Shown here: positions 15,541-22,492 of the stretch, piece after piece
Layout: every line of letters starts with the position of its first letter
Position numbering within the stretch: position 1 is the stretch's first letter
NCBI GenBank assembly: GCA_040752415.1
Contig: JBFMGU010000174.1
Location: 1-22,492 of the forward strand
Direction of reading: 5' to 3'
Source: Myxococcota bacterium
GTDB lineage: Bacteria; Myxococcota; JACRCW01
Length of the DNA: 22,492 nt
Position numbers and translations under genes: made by a program
Notes under the pieces: model-generated
The model's input: only the letters and a program-made list of their open reading frames with translations
What the model was told of the DNA's origin: nothing
Databases searched by the model: none

Positions 15541-17808
15541 ATGACCTTCCGCCGGCTGCTGGCCCTGACGACGTTGTTCACGCTGCAATGGGCCTGCCCT
15601 TCCCCGCCCCCCACCACCACGCCGGTGCGGCCGGCTCCGTTCGACGCCGGTGGAGACTTCCGCTTTGACGCCGGGACCTTCCGTGGCGACGGGGGATTCC
15701 GCTCCGACGCGGGCCGTCCCGACGCGGGCGCCGCCTGCACACCACCTCCCAACCCCAGCGACGACGCCGGGACCACGAGCGTGACCCCGGTCTTCCACGC
15801 CATGCCGACCATCTCCGTGTCCACCGTGCGCGCCCTGGCCCTTGGCGACGTCAACGGCGACGGGCATCTCGACCTGGTGACGCTGGAAGCAAGCTCCACG
15901 TTGGTGCAATCCCGCCTGGGTGACGGCGAGGGCGGGTTCCAGGTCGGACCGGCCCAAGCGCTGACCGGCGGTACCGCGTTGGCGCTGGCGGACGTGAACC
16001 GGGACGGCGTGCTGGACGTGGTGGCAACGCGCACGGGCTTCCTGGAGTTGCTGCACGGGGACGGGTTGGGCGGTTTCACGGGCGTGCGCTCCGTGGCGTT
16101 GTCGTCGCAGGCCAACCAGGTCCTGGTGGAGGACTTCAACGGGGATGTGTTCCCCGACGTGGCCGTGGCGGACAGCGCCAACGGCCTGGTCATGGTCCTG
16201 CTCTCCGACGAGGAGGGGCCGCGGGGGCCGGTCCTGGACAACCTCGTCCCCGGGCTGCAACGCATGACCAGCGGCGACTTCAATGGCGACGGGCGCGCCG
16301 ACCTGGCCGTGAGCGAGACCTTGACGGGCAGCGTCAGGCTCCTGCAGTGGAATGGCAACGGGTTCTCGCAGTCCAGCATCAGCACCGCCGTCGCCAGCGC
16401 CACCTCGTTGGCAGCCGCCGACTTCAACCGCGACGGGCGCACCGACGTGGTCACCTTCAGCTACGACGACAAGCTGGCCCTGCTGATGAGCCAACCCCAC
16501 GCGCCGCTGGCGCCGGTGAACCACTACTGCCTCCCGCGCACCACCACGCCGCTGGTCGCGGATTTCAACAACGACGCCCGGCCCGACCTCTGGCTCGGTG
16601 CCGACGACGGTGGCGAATCGCAGCTCCTCCTGGGTCACGGGGATGGCACGTTCCACGTCGTCACCGCTGCGGCCTCCGGGTTGTCCCTGGCCGCCGCCGC
16701 GGACCTGAACCATGACGGCACCACGGACCTGGTGGCGGTGCGCACGGACACGCTGGCGGTGCTGCTCAACACGCCGGTCACGCGAACGGTGCGCATGGCG
16801 CCGCTGGTGCGGATCTCGTTGACGTCCGGGGCGCAGTCATTGGACGTGGCGGACCTGGATCACAACGGGGTGCTGGACCTGGTGACGGCGGGACCAGGCA
16901 CCGGCGCGGTGGAGCTGCGCCTGGGCACGCCCGGCACGGGATGGACGGACGCGCACGTGCTCAACACCGACACCTCGCCCTACGTGGTGCGCACCGCGAA
17001 CCTGAGTGACGATGGAAGGACCGAGCTGCTGGTGGCGGCCCCCGGCGGGCTCCAGGTCTGGCAGCGCAACGTCCAGGACGTGTACCAACCCCTTCCCGGG
17101 TTTGCCGCGTCGGCGGAGACGCCGGTGCGGATGCTGGTGGCGGAGCTCACCGGAGACGCGTTTGACGACGTGGCGGTGTTGGACCACGCGCGCCACGAGG
17201 TGGTGATCCACGTGGGGAACGAAGACGGCGTCCCCGCGGATACCATCCGCCACGTCGTGGGACAGGGCCCCAGCGACATGGTGACGCTGGACCTCAACCG
17301 TGACGGATACCTGGACCTGGTGGTGGCCAACGCCGACGAGAACAACCTGGGCATCTTCCGCGGAGGGCCTGACGGGCTGCAGGCGTCGGAGCCGTTGGAG
17401 CTGACTTCCCGCCCGCTGGCGTTGGCCACCGGGGACATCCATGGCAACGGTGTTGACGACGTGGCGGTGGCGCTTCCCGACGCGGACGTGGTGACCGTCT
17501 TCGTCGCCAGCGACGGTGCGCTGTCCTCGGGGGGCCAGGTGGAGGTGACCGGCCGCCCGTCCGCGGTGGCGCTGCGGGACATGGATCTCGACGGGAGACT
17601 GGACCTGGCGGTGGCCAGCTTCAGCAGCGGGCTGGTTCACGTGCTGCTGGGAAATGGCGCGGGAGGCTTCACGCTGACGGAGAGCTTCACCGCGCCCGCC
17701 AATCCCACGACGATCACCGCCGCCGACCTGAACCGCGACGGGATGCCCGACCTGGCGATAGGCGGCATCGCCGACGACGAGGTGGGCCTGGTGCTGTCCA
17801 CACCGTGA
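15541..17808 (+). CDS. FG-GAP/VCBS repeat lipoprotein with 14 DxNxDGxxD-type repeats
   Basis: Signal MTFRRLLALTTLFTLQWA-C, then a Pro/Thr and DAG linker. Seven repeats run from GDVNGDGHLD to ADLNHDGTTD ending VLLN, and seven more from ADLDHNGVLD to ADLNRDGMPD. Confidence 0.92.
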   Translation: MTFRRLLALTTLFTLQWACPSPPPTTTPVRPAPFDAGGDFRFDAGTFRGDGGFRSDAGRPDAGAACTPPPNPSDDAGTTSVTPVFHAMPTISVSTVRALALGDVNGDGHLDLVTLEASSTLVQSRLGDGEGGFQVGPAQALTGGTALALADVNRDGVLDVVATRTGFLELLHGDGLGGFTGVRSVALSSQANQVLVEDFNGDVFPDVAVADSANGLVMVLLSDEEGPRGPVLDNLVPGLQRMTSGDFNGDGRADLAVSETLTGSVRLLQWNGNGFSQSSISTAVASATSLAAADFNRDGRTDVVTFSYDDKLALLMSQPHAPLAPVNHYCLPRTTTPLVADFNNDARPDLWLGADDGGESQLLLGHGDGTFHVVTAAASGLSLAAAADLNHDGTTDLVAVRTDTLAVLLNTPVTRTVRMAPLVRISLTSGAQSLDVADLDHNGVLDLVTAGPGTGAVELRLGTPGTGWTDAHVLNTDTSPYVVRTANLSDDGRTELLVAAPGGLQVWQRNVQDVYQPLPGFAASAETPVRMLVAELTGDAFDDVAVLDHARHEVVIHVGNEDGVPADTIRHVVGQGPSDMVTLDLNRDGYLDLVVANADENNLGIFRGGPDGLQASEPLELTSRPLALATGDIHGNGVDDVAVALPDADVVTVFVASDGALSSGGQVEVTGRPSAVALRDMDLDGRLDLAVASFSSGLVHVLLGNGAGGFTLTESFTAPANPTTITAADLNRDGMPDLAIGGIADDEVGLVLSTP

Positions 17809-17844
17809 CGTCGCCGGCGACGCCCTCCGGCCAGCCCGGACCCG

Positions 17845-18849
17845 CTACCGACGTGGAACCGCGGTCGGGGAAGCGCGCGGATCGACCTCGTCCTTCGGAC
17901 CCGGTTGCTTGACCTCGCCAGCTGGCCGGCTCGCGGTCTCCATGTAGCCGATGAGGAGCTGGACTTCGCTATCGCTTAGCTTCAGATTCGGCATCTGGAC
18001 CTGCTTGTACCGGGCGTAGAGGTCCATGGCGGTGGGGTCTTTCTCCGCGAGCATCTGGTCGGGTTCCTTCAGCCAACGTGAGAGCCAGGCCCGGTCCCGC
18101 TTGGCCACCACGCCCCGCAGGTCCGGTCCCACGGTGTCTCCCGCGCCAATGGTGTGGCAGGCCTGGCAGCGTCGCCGGAAGAGGTCCTCACCGGGGTCCA
18201 CGTGTTTGATGCGGGGCGCATCCGCATAGCTCTTCCGGCTGGTGTTCGCGCGACGGTAGTTGAACAGGTCGTCGCCCAGCACCGCGGCCAGCACCTTGGG
18301 GTTGTCGAACGCGGAGCGCTTCCGCCACTGCCCCGTGGCCTCATTGCCGACGATCAGGCTCGCGGTGTGGTCGGCGCGGGCCTCTCCCTCCCGGTACAAG
18401 CCCAGCTTCTTGCGCAGCAGCGTGATGTCCTCCGCCTTGCCGGTGAGGAACTGCCAGCCGGGCCCAGCCTTGAACTTCTCCGCGTACTCCTTGAGCGCCA
18501 CCGGCGTGTCGTGCTCCGGGTCGATGCTGATGGAGTACATGAAGATGTCGCGGCCCACGCGGTCGCCGAGCGCCTCCTGGACCTTGCGCAGGTTGGCGGT
18601 CTCCAACGGACACGCGTTGCCGCAGCCCACGAAGATGAAGTTGATGAGGACCACCTTGTCCTTGATGACGTCGTCGTAGAAGCGCAGGGGTTTTCCGTCC
18701 TGGTTCACCAGCGTGACGTTGGGGAAGTAGCCGGCTCCCCAGGGCGAGCCCGCGGGCGCCGCCGCCGTGGGACCGCCGCTGAGCATCAGCCCGGTGGTCA
18801 GGAGCAGGAGGAGGGCACGCATCACCCTCGGGTCGGTAAAGGTTTTCAT
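17845..18849 (-). CDS. Sco1/SenC copper chaperone fused to a C-terminal cytochrome c
   Basis: Signal peptide ending AAA. Sco CGNACP (CxxxCP), SISIDPEHDTP and conserved His (ADHTA). Haem motif CQACH, GPDL and axial Met (QMPN). GGAGG lies 8 nt before ATG 18849. Confidence 0.95.
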   Translation of the reverse strand: MKTFTDPRVMRALLLLLTTGLMLSGGPTAAAPAGSPWGAGYFPNVTLVNQDGKPLRFYDDVIKDKVVLINFIFVGCGNACPLETANLRKVQEALGDRVGRDIFMYSISIDPEHDTPVALKEYAEKFKAGPGWQFLTGKAEDITLLRKKLGLYREGEARADHTASLIVGNEATGQWRKRSAFDNPKVLAAVLGDDLFNYRRANTSRKSYADAPRIKHVDPGEDLFRRRCQACHTIGAGDTVGPDLRGVVAKRDRAWLSRWLKEPDQMLAEKDPTAMDLYARYKQVQMPNLKLSDSEVQLLIGYMETASRPAGEVKQPGPKDEVDPRASPTAVPRR

Positions 18850-18878
18850 CGTCGAGGCCTCCGCGGGACCGTGCTGGC

Positions 18879-22199
<3,321 letters not shown>

Positions 22200-22492
22200 G
22201 ACGCGGTCCGCAGCCAATCCGTGCGAGGGATGACGCGGAAAGACCACTACGCGCCGGCTTCGCGCGTGCGTCGACGTTAGAGTCATGGAAAGCCCTTGGA
22301 CCCGGCGCGCTGCCAGGTGCGGATTCCTGCCCATCATGGCCCCCTGGTTTCACGCACCGCGCCTTCGTCCGGAACGTGCGGCTCCTTCGGGCACAGGTGC
22401 GTCCGACCTTGGAATGTACGGCTTGCTTATTCTGCCCGCAGATACCCCGGCAGGGCCCGTCCTCGTCGACACGCAGGAGGGTCACGGCAACA

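Noticed and set aside
22200..22337. Extended MCO N-terminus with SRRVVVF as a Tat signal
   Set aside because: The twin-Arg is far from the hydrophobic region and a poor consensus match. The start cannot be fixed from sequence alone.

Overview
GC-rich bacterial DNA, most consistent with a Myxococcota/deltaproteobacterial genome (inferred from the FHA-sigma54 activator, Hanks kinases, and DAG- and Cys-rich lipoproteins). About 15 real CDSs lie among many shadow ORFs. In order: (1) a fusion of a membrane His-box diiron (sterol desaturase/fatty-acid hydroxylase family) domain to a two-domain rhodanese, just downstream of an FHA-AAA+-HTH sigma54 activator; (2) two tandemly duplicated cytoplasmic Ser/Thr kinases divergent from that activator, with candidate FHA-docking Thr motifs in their tails; (3) class 1 fbp; (4) a 329-bp inverted-repeat element with 113-bp arms carrying REP-like GGAGTGCGG hairpins, a motif that recurs in a tandem 55-bp repeat at 11146-11273; (5) an LptE-like lipoprotein hidden in a long shadow ORF; (6) several surface lipoproteins (Ig plus Cys repeats, DAG linker plus possible DPBB, double FG-GAP propeller); (7) a minus-strand acyl-CoA cluster (stand-alone B12-binding subunit, HMG-CoA lyase, lipoprotein, ECHDC1-like crotonase); (8) a large secreted multicopper oxidase with Ig-like repeats followed by a Sco-cytochrome c fusion, resembling the Pseudomonas McoA Mn(II)-oxidase module. 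The best candidate for an undescribed system is the desaturase-rhodanese fusion with its adjacent kinase/FHA-activator circuit. No tRNA, rRNA, CRISPR array or transposase was seen. All family calls come from motif recognition by eye, not database searches.
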